A stretch of DNA of 62,096 nt, filler included, from 17 parts of 17 records of this genome joined end to end with filler, not necessarily neighbours in it; one strand, 5' to 3'. Shown: positions 26,477 to 39,407, numbered from the whole stretch's first letter. Numbers and translations are program-made. The notes: a model not told the origin generated them from the sequence alone.

Positions 26477-26929
26477 CTACCAGCGTTTTGCCGCCTGCTG
26501 ATCGCTCTCCCGAGCTTCAACCCAGCGGTCGCCTTCCGGCGTGGCTTCGCGCTTCCAGAACGGTGCGCGGGTTTTGAGATAATCCATAATAAACTGCCCG
26601 GCTTCAAACGCACTGCTGCGATGCGCACTGGTGACACCGACAAAAACGATTTCATCGCCCGGCCATAATTCCCCGATGCGGTGAATCACAGTGACGCGCC
26701 CCAGCGGCCAGCGGTTACGCGCTTCATCAACAATTTCTGCCAGTGCTTTTTCAGTCATCCCCGGATAGTGTTCGAGGGTTAATGCGTTGACGCTGTCGCC
26801 CAGGTTATGGTTGCGCACCTTACCAGTAAAGGTGACTACCGCACCGTCTTCGTCACGCTCCGCCAGCCACGGGTACTCTTCTCCTACGCTGAACGGCTGC
26901 GGACCAACAACAATTTTGGTTTCTGCCAT
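26477..26929 (-). CDS. moaE: Molybdopterin synthase large subunit
   Basis: 150 aa, GAVVTFTGKVR, LKTRAPFWKRE. Confidence 0.99.
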   Translation of the reverse strand: MAETKIVVGPQPFSVGEEYPWLAERDEDGAVVTFTGKVRNHNLGDSVNALTLEHYPGMTEKALAEIVDEARNRWPLGRVTVIHRIGELWPGDEIVFVGVTSAHRSSAFEAGQFIMDYLKTRAPFWKREATPEGDRWVEARESDQQAAKRW

Positions 26930-26930
26930 C

Positions 26931-27175
26931 TTAACCTCCGGTTACCGGCGGGAAGAAAGCTACTTCGTCGCCGTCAGTCAGCGGATGGTCAAAACTCACC
27001 AGCGTCTGGTTGACGGCAGCCAGTAATTTGCCATCTTCCAGCGCCAGCGCCCAGCGATCGCTCTGCGCAGCCATGTGCTGGCGTAACGCTTCAACAGTTG
27101 GGAAATCCGCAGCCACTTCGGTTGCATCTGTTCCCACCAACTCGCGCACCTGGGCGAAAAAAGAACTTTAATCAT
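26931..27175 (-). CDS. moaD: Molybdopterin synthase sulfur carrier, apparent -1 frameshift in a homopolymer at 27157-27162
   Basis: MIKVLF in one frame, then [16 protein letters not shown] in another. Confidence 0.95.
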
Positions 27176-27653
27176 CCGCTTCCACCTTAAAGTCACCCGA
27201 CTTGCCGCCGCTCTTCGCCAGCAAACGTACCGGACCAATCACCATATCTTTTTGCACCGCTTTGCACATGTCATAAATGGTCAGCGCCGCCACGGAGGCC
27301 GCGGTTAATGCTTCCATTTCGACACCGGTTTTCCCGGTCAGGCGGCATAAGGTTTCTATACGCACCCGATTGTGCTCCGGCTCGGCCTGTAAATTGACTT
27401 CAACTTTGCTGAGCATCAGCGGATGACAGAGCGGGATCAGATCCCAGGTGCGTTTTGCCGCCTGAATACCGGCAATACGCGCAGTGGCAAATACGTCGCC
27501 TTTGTGGTGGCGACCATCAATAATCATCGCCAGCGTCTCGCTGCGCATGGTGACAAAGGCTTCCGCCCGCGCTTCACGCACGGTTTCCGCTTTGGCGGAG
27601 ACATCCACCATGTGCGCTTCGCCAGCGGCGTTGATATGGGTCAGTTGCGACAT
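27168..27653 (-). CDS. moaC: Cyclic pyranopterin monophosphate synthase
   Basis: LIPLCHP and GVEMEAL motifs. Confidence 0.99.
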
Positions 27654-27655
27654 AC

Positions 27656-28168
27656 TTATTTCTTCAAATGTGGATGGAAATTACACGGACGCGTACGGGC
27701 ATCCAGCTGCGGCGCGATGATATTTTCCCATGCGGTACGGCACGCTTTGGTCGAACCCGGCATGGCGAAAATCAGCGTTTTGTTGGCGACGCCCGCTACC
27801 GCACGAGATTGCAACGTGGAAGTGCCAATCTCTTCAAACGACAACATCCGGAACACTTCACCAAAACCTTCAACTTCACGGTCGAACAACGGCAGCAATG
27901 CTTCGGGAGCCTGATCACCTTCCGTCAGGCCAGTACCACCCGTAATCAATACCACTTGTACATCGTCGCTGGCGATCCACGCAGATACCTGAGCGCGAAT
28001 AGCGTAGCGGTTTTCTTTCACAATGGCTTTATCGACAACGTGATGGCCCGCTTCTTGCGCCGAATCGCGCAGATAGTGACCGGAGGTATCGTCTTCTTCA
28101 CCGCGACGATTAGAAACCGTAAGAATAGCAATACGGGTCGGGATAAATTCAGTGCTTACCTGACTCAT
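27656..28168 (-). CDS. moaB: Molybdenum cofactor biosynthesis protein B
   Basis: 170 aa, ITGGTG, MPGS motifs. Confidence 0.99.
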
Positions 28169-28189
28169 CTGATCTCTCCTTTTGACGTT

Positions 28190-28422
28190 TTAGCCGCCAA
28201 TGTACGATAAGTTTTGCGTAATACCGGTGTTGTTTTGATGCAGGAAATGGGTCTGTTTCTTCTCCCGCAGCGCCGCTGAAATACGCGCTTCCAGCGCCTG
28301 TTGCTGGGTATCGTCTTCCAGCAGATCGCGCAGGTTAACGCCGCCTTCACCAAACAGGCAGAGATGGAGTTTACCAATGGAGGAAACGCGCAGGCGGTTG
28401 CAAGTGGCGCAGAAGTCTTTTT
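28190..28422 (-). CDS. moaA: GTP 3',8-cyclase, C-terminal fragment
   Basis: [22 protein letters not shown]-terminus. Confidence 0.95.
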
Positions 28423-28522
28423 NNNNNNNNNNNNNNNNNNNNNNNNNNNNNNNNNNNNNNNNNNNNTTAATTAATTAANNNNNNNNNNNNNNNNNNNNNN
28501 NNNNNNNNNNNNNNNNNNNNNN

Positions 28523-28747
28523 TCTGCCATTGATCATATTTTCTGACAAAAGCTCGCCACACTGTTCAAACCCGCGACGCCAGCGTTCAGCAGTGGCGTT
28601 TTGATGGCAACGCAAAGAAATGTGATCGGCAGTCAGCGGAGTGATATTCAACCCCAGACGGCGGGAAAGTTCATCTAATGCGTGGATAAATCGCGGTAAA
28701 TCCGATGCAATATCCTGCAGCTCGTCGATAGATTGCCAGTTCGCCAT
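28523..28747 (-). CDS. yecM: YecM (VOC fold), N-terminal fragment
   Basis: MANWQSIDEL..ADHISLRC, divergent from argS. Confidence 0.9.
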
Positions 28748-28962
28748 AATCACTCTTCGTCTTTCAGTAAAAGCGTTAATTTACCCTGTTGCCCTGTGCC
28801 AACCAACCGCTGATTTCACGCCGCTTCTGATGCAATAGTGAAAACGGCAATACGCCACGCGCACGTTGCTGACGAAAACAGCCATTTGCAGTATACTCCC
28901 GCCCTAATTTCTTTAACTGGTGCGGGCAATTTTTGCTCGCTTCATCAATGTAAGGTATTCCG

Positions 28963-30696
28963 GTGAATATTCAGGCTCTTCTCTCAGAAAAAGTCCGTCA
29001 GGCCATGATTGCGGCAGGCGCGCCTGCGGATTGCGAACCGCAGGTTCGTCAGTCAGCAAAAGTTCAGTTCGGCGACTATCAGGCTAACGGCATGATGGCA
29101 GTTGCTAAAAAACTGGGTATGGCACCGCGACAATTAGCAGAGCAGGTGCTGACTCATCTGGATCTTAACGGTATCGCCAGCAAAGTTGAGATCGCCGGTC
29201 CAGGCTTTATCAACATTTTCCTTGATCCGGCATTCCTGGCTGAACATGTTCAGCAGGCGCTGGCGTCCGATCGTCTCGGTGTTGCTACGCCAGAAAAACA
29301 GACCATTGTGGTTGACTACTCTGCGCCAAACGTGGCGAAAGAGATGCATGTCGGTCACCTGCGCTCTACCATTATTGGTGACGCAGCAGTGCGTACTCTG
29401 GAGTTCCTCGGTCACAAAGTGATTCGCGCAAACCACGTCGGCGACTGGGGCACTCAGTTCGGTATGCTGATTGCATGGCTGGAAAAGCAGCAGCAGGAAA
29501 ACGCCGGTGAAATGGAGCTGGCTGACCTTGAAGGTTTCTACCGCGATGCGAAAAAGCATTACGATGAAGATGAAGAGTTCGCCGAGCGCGCACGTAACTA
29601 CGTGGTAAAACTGCAAAGCGGTGACGAATATTTCCGCGAGATGTGGCGCAAACTGGTCGACATCACCATGACGCAGAACCAGATCACCTACGATCGTCTC
29701 AACGTGACGCTGACCCGTGATGACGTGATGGGCGAAAGCCTCTACAACCCGATGCTGCCAGGAATTGTGGCGGATCTCAAAGCCAAAGGTCTGGCAGTAG
29801 AAAGCGAAGGGGCGACCGTCGTATTCCTTGATGAGTTTAAAAACAAGGAAGGCGAACCGATGGGCGTGATCATTCAGAAGAAAGATGGCGGCTATCTCTA
29901 CACCACCACTGATATCGCCTGTGCGAAATATCGTTATGAAACACTGCATGCCGATCGCGTGCTGTATTACATCGACTCCCGTCAGCATCAACACCTGATG
30001 CAGGCATGGGCGATCGTCCGTAAAGCAGGCTATGTACCGGAATCCGTACCGCTGGAACACCACATGTTCGGCATGATGCTGGGTAAAGACGGCAAACCGT
30101 TCAAAACCCGCGCGGGTGGTACAGTGAAACTGGCCGATCTGCTGGATGAAGCCCTGGAACGTGCACGCCGTCTGGTGGCAGAAAAGAACCCGGATATGCC
30201 AGCCGACGAGCTGGAAAAACTGGCTAACGCGGTTGGTATTGGTGCGGTGAAATATGCGGATCTCTCCAAAAACCGCACCACGGACTACATCTTCGACTGG
30301 GACAACATGCTGGCGTTTGAGGGTAATACCGCGCCATACATGCAGTATGCATACACGCGTGTATTGTCCGTGTTCCGTAAAGCAGAAATTGACGAAGAGC
30401 AACTGGCTGCAGCTCCGGTTATCATCCGTGAAGATCGTGAAGCGCAACTGGCAGCTCGCCTGCTGCAGTTTGAAGAAACCCTCACCGTGGTTGCCCGTGA
30501 AGGCACGCCGCATGTAATGTGTGCTTACCTGTACGATCTGGCCGGTCTGTTCTCTGGCTTCTACGAGCACTGCCCGATCCTCAGCGCAGAAAACGAAGAA
30601 GTGCGTAACAGCCGTCTAAAACTGGCACAACTGACGGCGAAGACGCTGAAGCTGGGTCTGGATACGCTGGGTATTGAGACTGTAGAGCGTATGTAA
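28963..30696 (+). CDS. argS: Arginine--tRNA ligase
   Basis: 577 aa, [11 protein letters not shown] (HIGH-like), KPFKTRAG. Confidence 0.99.
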   Translation: MNIQALLSEKVRQAMIAAGAPADCEPQVRQSAKVQFGDYQANGMMAVAKKLGMAPRQLAEQVLTHLDLNGIASKVEIAGPGFINIFLDPAFLAEHVQQALASDRLGVATPEKQTIVVDYSAPNVAKEMHVGHLRSTIIGDAAVRTLEFLGHKVIRANHVGDWGTQFGMLIAWLEKQQQENAGEMELADLEGFYRDAKKHYDEDEEFAERARNYVVKLQSGDEYFREMWRKLVDITMTQNQITYDRLNVTLTRDDVMGESLYNPMLPGIVADLKAKGLAVESEGATVVFLDEFKNKEGEPMGVIIQKKDGGYLYTTTDIACAKYRYETLHADRVLYYIDSRQHQHLMQAWAIVRKAGYVPESVPLEHHMFGMMLGKDGKPFKTRAGGTVKLADLLDEALERARRLVAEKNPDMPADELEKLANAVGIGAVKYADLSKNRTTDYIFDWDNMLAFEGNTAPYMQYAYTRVLSVFRKAEIDEEQLAAAPVIIREDREAQLAARLLQFEETLTVVAREGTPHVMCAYLYDLAGLFSGFYEHCPILSAENEEVRNSRLKLAQLTAKTLKLGLDTLGIETVERM

Positions 30697-30715
30697 TCGA
30701 TTTTTCGTGAGAGTG

Positions 30716-30750
30716 AAGCCTGATCAGGGTTAGCCGATCAGGCTTTTTTA
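30716..30750 (+). terminator. argS terminator
   Basis: AAGCCTGATC..GATCAGGCTT then T run. Confidence 0.85.
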
Positions 30751-30872
30751 TTGCCATCTAAATGTATTCTGAAAATGGACATGCCATTGTTTTCTCACTG
30801 TTGGATAAGAGGCCAGAAGCGTAATATCCGGCCCCAGGGAAACGATAACGGTTGAATTTAAGGAATACCGCA

Positions 30873-31361
30873 GTGTTTAAATTTCTTGTATTAACATTAG
30901 GCATTATCTCTTGCCAGGCTTACGCAGAAGATACGGTTATAGTAAACGACCATGACATTTCAGCCATCAAAGATTGTTGGCAAAAAAATTCAGATGATGA
31001 TACTGACGTTAACGTGATCAAATCATGCCTGCGACAAGAATACAATCTCGTCGATGCGCAATTAAATAAAGCCTATGGTGAAGCTTATCGTTATATAGAA
31101 CAAGTGCCACGCACAGGTGTAAAAAAACCTGATACCGAACAACTTAACTTGCTTAAAAAATCACAGCGAGCCTGGCTGGATTTTAGGGACAAAGAATGTG
31201 AATTAATCCTTTCAAATGAGGACGTTCAGGATTTAAGTGACCCTTATTCTGAATCAGAATGGCTCTCATGTATGATCATACAGACCAATACGCGAACTCG
31301 CCAGTTGCAGCTATACCGTAACTCTGAAGATTTTTATCCAAGCCCTTTGACAAGAGGATAA
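30873..31361 (+). CDS. yecT: YecT, secreted LprI (DUF1311)-like protein
   Basis: Signal peptide, LNKAY..LKKSQRAWLDFRDKEC pattern; AT-rich. Confidence 0.88.
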   Translation: MFKFLVLTLGIISCQAYAEDTVIVNDHDISAIKDCWQKNSDDDTDVNVIKSCLRQEYNLVDAQLNKAYGEAYRYIEQVPRTGVKKPDTEQLNLLKKSQRAWLDFRDKECELILSNEDVQDLSDPYSESEWLSCMIIQTNTRTRQLQLYRNSEDFYPSPLTRG

Positions 31362-31480
31362 TTCACATCTTTTTGGCATGTTTTGTTGCAAGCTATTCCT
31401 GATAAATAATTGCAACAAGACATCGAGCCTTTTTCACTGAGTTATTAAACATACTCGCGAGCGCGTAATTTTTTTGTCCT

Positions 31481-31831
31481 TCAGCGATAATTCACAATCA
31501 CTTCATTACGTTGTACCTTTAGCGGTGGAATTAACCGCCCACCGCCTGGCACTTCCCAGATAAATCGCAACGGTTCTGCTGCCGCTATACCGGAAAAGGC
31601 CACGGTGGTTCCGCTCTGCCCCTCTAATTCGACACAACGAGATTGCGAACACAAGCGAACCCGCAGTCCTGAAGGTGTCGGGCCGATAAGCTGATAACGC
31701 CACGCTACCAGCGTCATCAATCCTGAAGCAGGTTGTCGCGTAGAAAGAGGCGCAGACGACATCGACTCACCGCGATGATTTAGCGTAATTCCTACACTAC
31801 TTGCCTGCCACACTCCCCTCCCCGGCGGCTT
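31481..31831 (-). CDS. flhE: Flagellar protein FlhE, 5' truncated
   Basis: WQASSVGITLNHRG..VIVNYR. Confidence 0.92.
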   Translation of the reverse strand, partial: KPPGRGVWQASSVGITLNHRGESMSSAPLSTRQPASGLMTLVAWRYQLIGPTPSGLRVRLCSQSRCVELEGQSGTTVAFSGIAAAEPLRFIWEVPGGGRLIPPLKVQRNEVIVNYR

Positions 31832-31931
31832 NNNNNNNNNNNNNNNNNNNNNNNNNNNNNNNNNNNNNNNNNNNNTTAATTAATTAANNNNNNNNNNNNN
31901 NNNNNNNNNNNNNNNNNNNNNNNNNNNNNNN

Positions 31932-31956
31932 GCATACATTATACGAAGTTATACGA
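31932..31956 (+). other. 454 Titanium paired-end linker remnant (partial loxP)
   Basis: GCATACATTATACGAAGTTAT (loxP spacer plus one arm) followed by ACGA at the contig start. Confidence 0.9.
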
Positions 31957-32097
31957 TATACACACGTACACATCTACATAGACACACACACGTTTTCTGT
32001 CTCTCTACGTTGTATGAGCCACGTGCGTTGTTTCCAATTCCCTCTATCAGACTGTCTCTGTGGTCGTGGCTGTTGTCATAACGCTGCAACGCTGCAG

Positions 32098-34052
32098 TCG
32101 GTGGAATTGATTGAGACTTCTTCGGCGATGGAGGCGGATCTGCAAACGACCAAACGCAAACTCAAACAGGTGCTGGCTGAGCTGAAGACGGTCACGGTGG
32201 AGAAGGATGAAGTACGCTGTTACGTAACCGTGTTGTCGTTTGCTTTGTATGTGTGTGTGTTGGAAAGCGTTCTTTGTGTGTAAGTATCTCGCATCAATCA
32301 AATGTTTTGATGTGATGCGCACGCTGCTCTATCATCTCCGTCCTTCTCGTTGCCGCTCTGTGTCTGATTCTCTCTGTGCTGTAGCTGGTACAAATTGCCC
32401 AACAACTTCGCGACTCGCACGAGAGCGACCAAAAGCTGCTTACCCAACTACAAGCATCTCTGGACTCGCTCCGAGAAAAGTCAAAATCTGCCTCGCACGA
32501 TCACGAGCAGGCAGCGGCGCAGATCGTGGCTCTGCAGCGTCAGCTTGCGCAGGTGAACGACGCTCGTACGGAGCTAGACACCGCTGTTACTACGTTACAA
32601 GCGGAGCTCAAGGCTGAGCGCGCATCACACGTTTCGGACTGCCAATCGCTGAATGCAGACATGCAAACACTGCATGCGACGGTTCAACAGCAGCGGGCGC
32701 AGCTGCAGAATCACCACCAGACCACGAAGCAGATGCAAAGTTCCTCCCAGGGCGATAAGCAGCTCATTGCAGACTTGCAAACTCAGCTCAGGGCAGCCGA
32801 GGAGCAGGCGCAGAAAGCGGCAGGCGACTTTGCGCAGCGATTGCACGGTATGCGTTTGTGTATTATGTACATGGAAATGATCATTTATGCACATTCGAGG
32901 GGTTGTCGGAATGTGTTCTTCTTCTTATTTGCTGACGCGGTGGGTCAATAGTTCCTCAATCTCCCGCTTTCTCCTAGACCAGTTCCCCTGCTGTGTACTG
33001 ACACGTTTGATTGTGTCTGTGTGTGTGTGCTTGTACAATCTAGAACACGAGCAAGCGAAGGAGGCGCTTGAGTCTCAGCTGGACAAAGAGAAGCACGCAC
33101 ACAAAGCCACACTGTCCGCGCGAAACCGGCTGCAAGAAGAATGCGAGCAGCTGAAGAGGACGGTGGAGAAGGAGCTTGCCGCCAAGCAGCAGCTGCAGGA
33201 TATGATCCAGGAGCAGAGCAAGTTTGACTCGGAGCACACACAGGTTTGTCCCGCTGCGTGTTCTTCTTTTGGGAGACTCTGTTGTTGAATGTGTATGGCG
33301 TGTCCCTGTGGTCCATGTTGAATCGTGTCCGCAGCTCACCACTCACGTCTGTATCATGTGTATAGTACTATCGCGAGCAGAGTGAGACACTGAAGGAAGA
33401 GCTGCACTCGTGTCAGGAAATTCTCTCCACCACTACAGCGGCGCTCGAGACAGCACGTGCTGAGCTGTCTCAGGCCCAAGCCCACACACGCAAGGTCAAT
33501 GAGGAGCTGAGGCAGAGCCAGGCGTCGCTCGATCGAGTGAATGATCAGCTTCGATCTCTCGAACAAAGCTCAGCAGCTCGGGAGTCCAGAAACAAAGGGG
33601 AAATTCAGCTATTGCAAGAAGAACTGGAGCTGGAGAAGCAATCTCGCCTGACGTACAAGCAGACCATCTCTGCGCTAGAAGCCGACATCGAGCAGCTGAA
33701 CGGGATGCTTGCTCAGGAACGCAGCGCCCGTCTCTCCCTGGAGAAAGCGCGACTAACGGTGGAGAGTGATCTTCAGCAGCAGAAGCAGCAAGCGGAGGAG
33801 GAGGCGTCCGCACGGGAGAAGCTGGGCCGCCTGCTTGAGATGACGGAGCTGGCGGTGAGTGAGGTCAGTGATCTGAAGGAACAGCTGCATGAGAAACGCA
33901 CGCAGCTGCACAATGCGCGGGATTCCCTGGCCCGCACACAACGTGAGCTGTCCGAAGTGCAGACGCTGTACGCCGCGGCGCAAGAACAGGTGGCCGCTGC
34001 ACAGACGGAGCTGCAGGCAGCCAGGGACGCCGCGGCAGAGCGCGAGAAAGAA
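32098..34052 (+). CDS. Eukaryotic long coiled-coil protein, partial. Exons 32098-32211, 32385-32847, 33044-33243, 33366-34052
   Basis: Phase-consistent GT-AG introns join E/Q/L/A/K-rich heptad segments into one open frame. Confidence 0.8.
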
Positions 34053-34152
34053 NNNNNNNNNNNNNNNNNNNNNNNNNNNNNNNNNNNNNNNNNNNNTTAA
34101 TTAATTAANNNNNNNNNNNNNNNNNNNNNNNNNNNNNNNNNNNNNNNNNNNN

Positions 34153-34181
34153 AACTGCTCTACCAACTGAGCTAACGACCC
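34153..34181 (-). tRNA. lysT: tRNA-Lys, 5' fragment (lysT position)
   Basis: GGGTCGTTAGCTCAGTTGGTAGAGCAGTT, downstream of cpoB. Confidence 0.9.
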
Positions 34182-34345
34182 ACTTTTTCGTTGCTTTCGG
34201 TTTGTTTGATATCCCGTGGCAACGGCGGCATATATTACTGATTTCAGACTTGAGCGCAACAAAAATTTCGATGTAGATCACTCAACTGCTTATGATTCGC
34301 ACGACACGACCAGAAATAATGCGACTTCTGGTCGTGTGTTATGCA

Positions 34346-35137
34346 TTACATCGCGTTCAGACGTTTTTGTGCCTGTTTAGCGCCATCAGTACCAGGGTAT
34401 TTACTGATAACCTGCTGGTATACGGCTTTCGCTTTTGCGGTGTCACCTTTGTCCTGCATGATGACGCCGACTTTAAACATCGCATCTGCAGCCTTTGGTG
34501 ACTTCGGATAGTTTTTCACTACCGAAGCAAAATAGTACGCCGCATCATCTTTTTTACCCTTGTTGTAGTTTAACTGACCCAGCCAATAATTGGCGTTTGG
34601 CAGGTAAGTTGAATCAGGGTAATTTTTGATGAAATTCTGAAATGCCACCATTGCGTCATCCTGGCGGGATTTATCCTGCACCAGCGCAATAGCTGCATTG
34701 TAATCCGTGTTTGCATTACCGCTTTTCACCGGCGCGCCAGCATTCGCAGTACCAGCATCAGCTGTCGGCGTCGTTGATGCCGCCGCACCGCTTTGATCGC
34801 CGCTGGTTGATTGCGCCGCTGCACCACCGCTGCTGAGGCTGTCGATCTGCAACAGGATCTGCTTTTGCCGCTCCACGACCTGATTCAGTTGATACTGATT
34901 TTCCTGAATCTGACCACGCAGGGAATCAATATCGGATTGATTATCAGAAAGTTGTTGCTGGAGTTGGGTTAAAAGCTGGCTGTGAGCATTAGAAATACGC
35001 TCAAGTTGAGTGACGCGGTCTTCGACCGAGCCTGAGCCGACACTACTGATTGGTGCCTGAGCAAAAGCGGCCCAGGGGGCCGCTATACCAACCAGTAACG
35101 ACAGACTCAATAGTTGATGTCTGAAGTTACTGCTCAT
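34346..35137 (-). CDS. cpoB: Cell division coordinator CpoB
   Basis: 263 aa, signal peptide, coiled coil, TPR domain; follows pal. Confidence 0.98.
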   Translation of the reverse strand: MSSNFRHQLLSLSLLVGIAAPWAAFAQAPISSVGSGSVEDRVTQLERISNAHSQLLTQLQQQLSDNQSDIDSLRGQIQENQYQLNQVVERQKQILLQIDSLSSGGAAAQSTSGDQSGAAASTTPTADAGTANAGAPVKSGNANTDYNAAIALVQDKSRQDDAMVAFQNFIKNYPDSTYLPNANYWLGQLNYNKGKKDDAAYYFASVVKNYPKSPKAADAMFKVGVIMQDKGDTAKAKAVYQQVISKYPGTDGAKQAQKRLNAM

Positions 35138-35146
35138 GCAATTCTC

Positions 35147-35692
<546 letters not shown>

Positions 35693-35702
35693 TTAATTAT
35701 TA

Positions 35703-36588
35703 TCACAGATACGGCGACCAGGCAGGGAATTTGACCTGTCCATCAGTTGCCGGAAGACGCGCTTTGAAACGCCCATCTGTAGAAACCAAATTCAGCACGG
35801 ATCCCATCCCCTGAGAAGAGCTGTAGATTACCATAGTGCCGTTAGGTGCCAGACTTGGCGTTTCATCCAGGAACGTGGACGACAGAACTTGTACGCCTCC
35901 CGTTGCCAGATCTTGTTTGGCAATGTGCTGCTGCCCACCATTGGAGCTGACCATTACCATAAATTTACCGTCGCTGCTGACATCCGCATCCTGGTTCTGC
36001 GAACCTTCCCAGGTAATACGTTGTGGCGCACCGCCGTTGATATTCACTTTATAAACCTGCGGACGACCGGCCTGGTCAGAAGTAAATGCCAGGTTCTGGC
36101 TATCCGGGAACCAGGTCGGTTCGGTATTGTTACTGCGACCATCAGTCACCTGGCGGATCTGACCAGAAGCCAAATCCATTACGTACAGGTTCAGACTACC
36201 GGTTTTCGACAAGGCGAATGCCAGTTTGCTGCCGTCTGGCGAGAATGCAGGTGCACCGTTGTGACGCGGGAATGAAGCCACCTGACGTACAGCGCCATTT
36301 GCCAGCGTCTGAATAACCAGCGCGGAACGACCGCTTTCGAAGGTCACATAAGCCAGTTTAGAACCGTCTGGTGACCACGCCGGAGACATCAGCGGCTGCG
36401 GTGAACGGTGAACGACAAACTGGTTGTAACCGTCATAGTCAGATACGCGCAGTTCATACGGGAACTGACCGCCGTTGGTCTGAACAACGTAGGCAATACG
36501 AGTACGGAACGCACCTTTAATGCCGGTCAGTTTTTCAAACACTTCATCACTGGCGGTATGACCAGCATAACGCAGCCACTGCTTGTTC
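35703..36588 (-). CDS. tolB: TolB, 5' truncated
   Basis: SPAWSPDG beta-propeller repeats. Confidence 0.98.
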
Positions 36589-36688
36589 NNNNNNNNNNNN
36601 NNNNNNNNNNNNNNNNNNNNNNNNNNNNNNNNTTAATTAATTAANNNNNNNNNNNNNNNNNNNNNNNNNNNNNNNNNNNNNNNNNNNN

Positions 36689-38531
36689 CCAGTTTCGATT
36701 TATCGCGCACCGCGCCTTTGTCGGCGCTGGTTGCCAGGCTGGCATAAGCACGCAGGGCAAAGGAGACCTGACGTTCACGATTTTTCGGCGTCCAGGCTTT
36801 GTCACCTCGAGCGTCCTGCGCTTCACGACGCGCCGCCAGTTCGGCATCGCTTACCTGTAACTGAATGCCACGGTTCGGGATGTCGATAGCGATCAGGTCA
36901 CCATCTTCAATCAGGCCAATGCTGCCGCCGCTTGCCGCTTCCGGTGAGACGTGGCCGATGGAAAGACCAGAGGTGCCACCAGAGAAACGACCGTCGGTGA
37001 TCAGCGCACAGGCTTTGCCGAGACCCATTGATTTCAGGAAGCTGGTTGGGTAGAGCATTTCCTGCATCCCCGGACCGCCTTTCGGGCCTTCATAGCGAAT
37101 TACTACCACATCTCCGGCGACAACTTTACCGCCGAGAATCGCTTCTACCGCATCGTCCTGGCTTTCGTACACTTTCGCCGGGCCGGTGAATTTGAGGATG
37201 CTGTCATCGACGCCTGCCGTTTTCACGATGCAGCCGTTTTCCGCAAAGTTACCGTAGAGCACCGCCAGGCCGCCGTCTTTGCTGTAGGCGTGTTCCAGCG
37301 AGCGGATACAGCCATTGGCGCGATCGTCGTCCAGCGTATCCCAACGGCAATCTTGCGAGAATGCCTGTGTGGTACGAATGCCTGCAGGACCTGCGCGGAA
37401 CATATTTTTTACCGCGTCATCCTGGGTCAGCATAACGTCGTATTGTTCCAGCGTTTGCGGCAACGTCAGGCCAAGTACGTTTTTCACATCACGGTTCAGT
37501 AACCCCGCGCGATCCAGTTCGCCGAGAATACCGATAACACCACCAGCACGGTGAACATCTTCCATATGGTATTTCTGGGTGCTCGGCGCAACTTTACACA
37601 GCTGTGGAACCTTGCGGGAAAGCTTATCGATATCACTCATGGTGAAGTCGATTTCCGCTTCCTGCGCCGCCGCCAGCAGGTGAAGTACGGTGTTAGTCGA
37701 TCCACCCATCGCGATATCCAGCGTCATGGCGTTTTCAAACGCCGCCTTACTGGCGATATTACGCGGCAGTGCACTTTCGTCGTTTTGCTCGTAATAACGT
37801 TTGGTCAATTCAACAATGCGTTTACCAGCATTAAGGAACAGCTGCTTACGGTCGGCGTGGGTTGCCAGCAGCGAGCCGTTGCCCGGCTGCGACAGGCCCA
37901 GCGCTTCGGTCAGGCAGTTCATTGAGTTAGCGGTAAACATCCCGGAGCAGGAACCGCAGGTCGGACACGCGGAACGTTCAACCTGATCGCTCTGGGAGTC
38001 AGATACTTTCGGGTCTGCGCCCTGGATCATCGCATCAACCAGATCGAGCTTGATGATCTGATCGGAAAGTTTGGTTTTCCCGGCCTCCATCGGGCCGCCG
38101 GAAACAAAGATCACCGGAATATTCAGGCGCAGGGAAGCCATCAGCATCCCCGGGGTGATTTTGTCGCAGTTAGAGATGCAGACCATGGCGTCGGCGCAGT
38201 GGGCGTTGACCATATACTCAACGGAATCAGCGATCAGTTCGCGAGATGGCAGTGAATAAAGCATCCCCCCGTGGCCCATGGCAATCCCATCATCCACCGC
38301 AATGGTGTTGAACTCTTTGGCAACGCCGCCAGCCGCTTCAATTTGTTCGGCGACCAGTTTACCGAGATCGCGCAGATGGACGTGACCCGGTACAAATTGG
38401 GTGAACGAGTTCACAACCGCGATAATCGGCTTACCGAAATCGGCGTCGGTCATTCCGGTGGCGCGCCACAGCGCACGAGCACCCGCCATATTACGACCAT
38501 GAGTGGTGGTGGCGGAACGGTACTTAGGCAT
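36689..38531 (-). CDS. ilvD: Dihydroxy-acid dehydratase, last codons truncated
   Basis: [28 protein letters not shown]. Confidence 0.99.
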
Positions 38532-38595
38532 ACTTTATTTACTCCCAGTGTCTGTCTCGTAAATGGGACGGTGCGTGCCGTCCCATTTTTTGTAT

Positions 38596-39307
38596 TTATT
38601 GATTAACTTGATCTAACCAGCCCCATTTATCTTCGGTTTCGCCAGTGAAGAGGCCGAAGAAGGCTTGCTGAATGCGTTTGGTAACCGGGCCACAACGGCC
38701 TTCGCCAACCTGAATACCGTCTACGCTGCGCACTGGCGTGATTTCTGCCGCCGTACCGGACATAAACACTTCATCCGCCAGGTACAGGGATTCGCGCGAC
38801 AGCACCTGCTCACGTACTTCAATTCCCAGCTCTTTCGCCAGTTTGATGATGGCATCACGGGTAATACCCGGCAGCGCGGAGGAGGTGAACGGTGGGGTGA
38901 ACAGCACACCATCTTTCACTTCAAACAGGTTTTCGCCTGCGCCTTCAGAGATATAACCGTTCACATCCAGCGCGATACCTTCCTGATAACCGTGGCGGCG
39001 CGCTTCGCTACCCACCAGCAGGGAAGAGAGGTAGTTACCACCGGCTTTTGCCGCCGTCGGGATGGTGTTTGGTGCTGCGCGGTTCCAGGAGGAAACCATC
39101 GCATCGATCCCCTGCTCCAGCGCTTCTGCGCCCAGATACGCTCCCCACGGGAAAGCAGCGATAATCACGTCGGTTGAGTATCCCGCTGGCGGGTTTACTC
39201 CCATGCCAACATCACCGACGAAGATCAGCGGACGGATATAGGCGCTGGTGAGATTGTTTTTGCGGATCACGTCACGACAAGCTTCCATCAGCTCATCAAT
39301 GCTCTGC
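38596..39307 (-). CDS. ilvE: Branched-chain amino acid aminotransferase, 5' truncated
   Basis: AKAGGNY, EGAGENLF, LPGITR. Confidence 0.98.
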
Positions 39308-39407
39308 NNNNNNNNNNNNNNNNNNNNNNNNNNNNNNNNNNNNNNNNNNNNTTAATTAATTAANNNNNNNNNNNNNNNNNNNNNNNNNNNNNNNNNNNNN
39401 NNNNNNN

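Noticed and set aside
29134-30570. 478-aa antisense ORF inside argS, and similar shadow ORFs in metK, pal, ypdF and ydhT
   Set aside because: Antisense open frames expected from codon bias in real genes; no recognisable motifs.
31805-31831. Apparent extra base in flhE near the contig end
   Set aside because: Low-quality terminal bases in G-rich runs; most likely a sequencing error.
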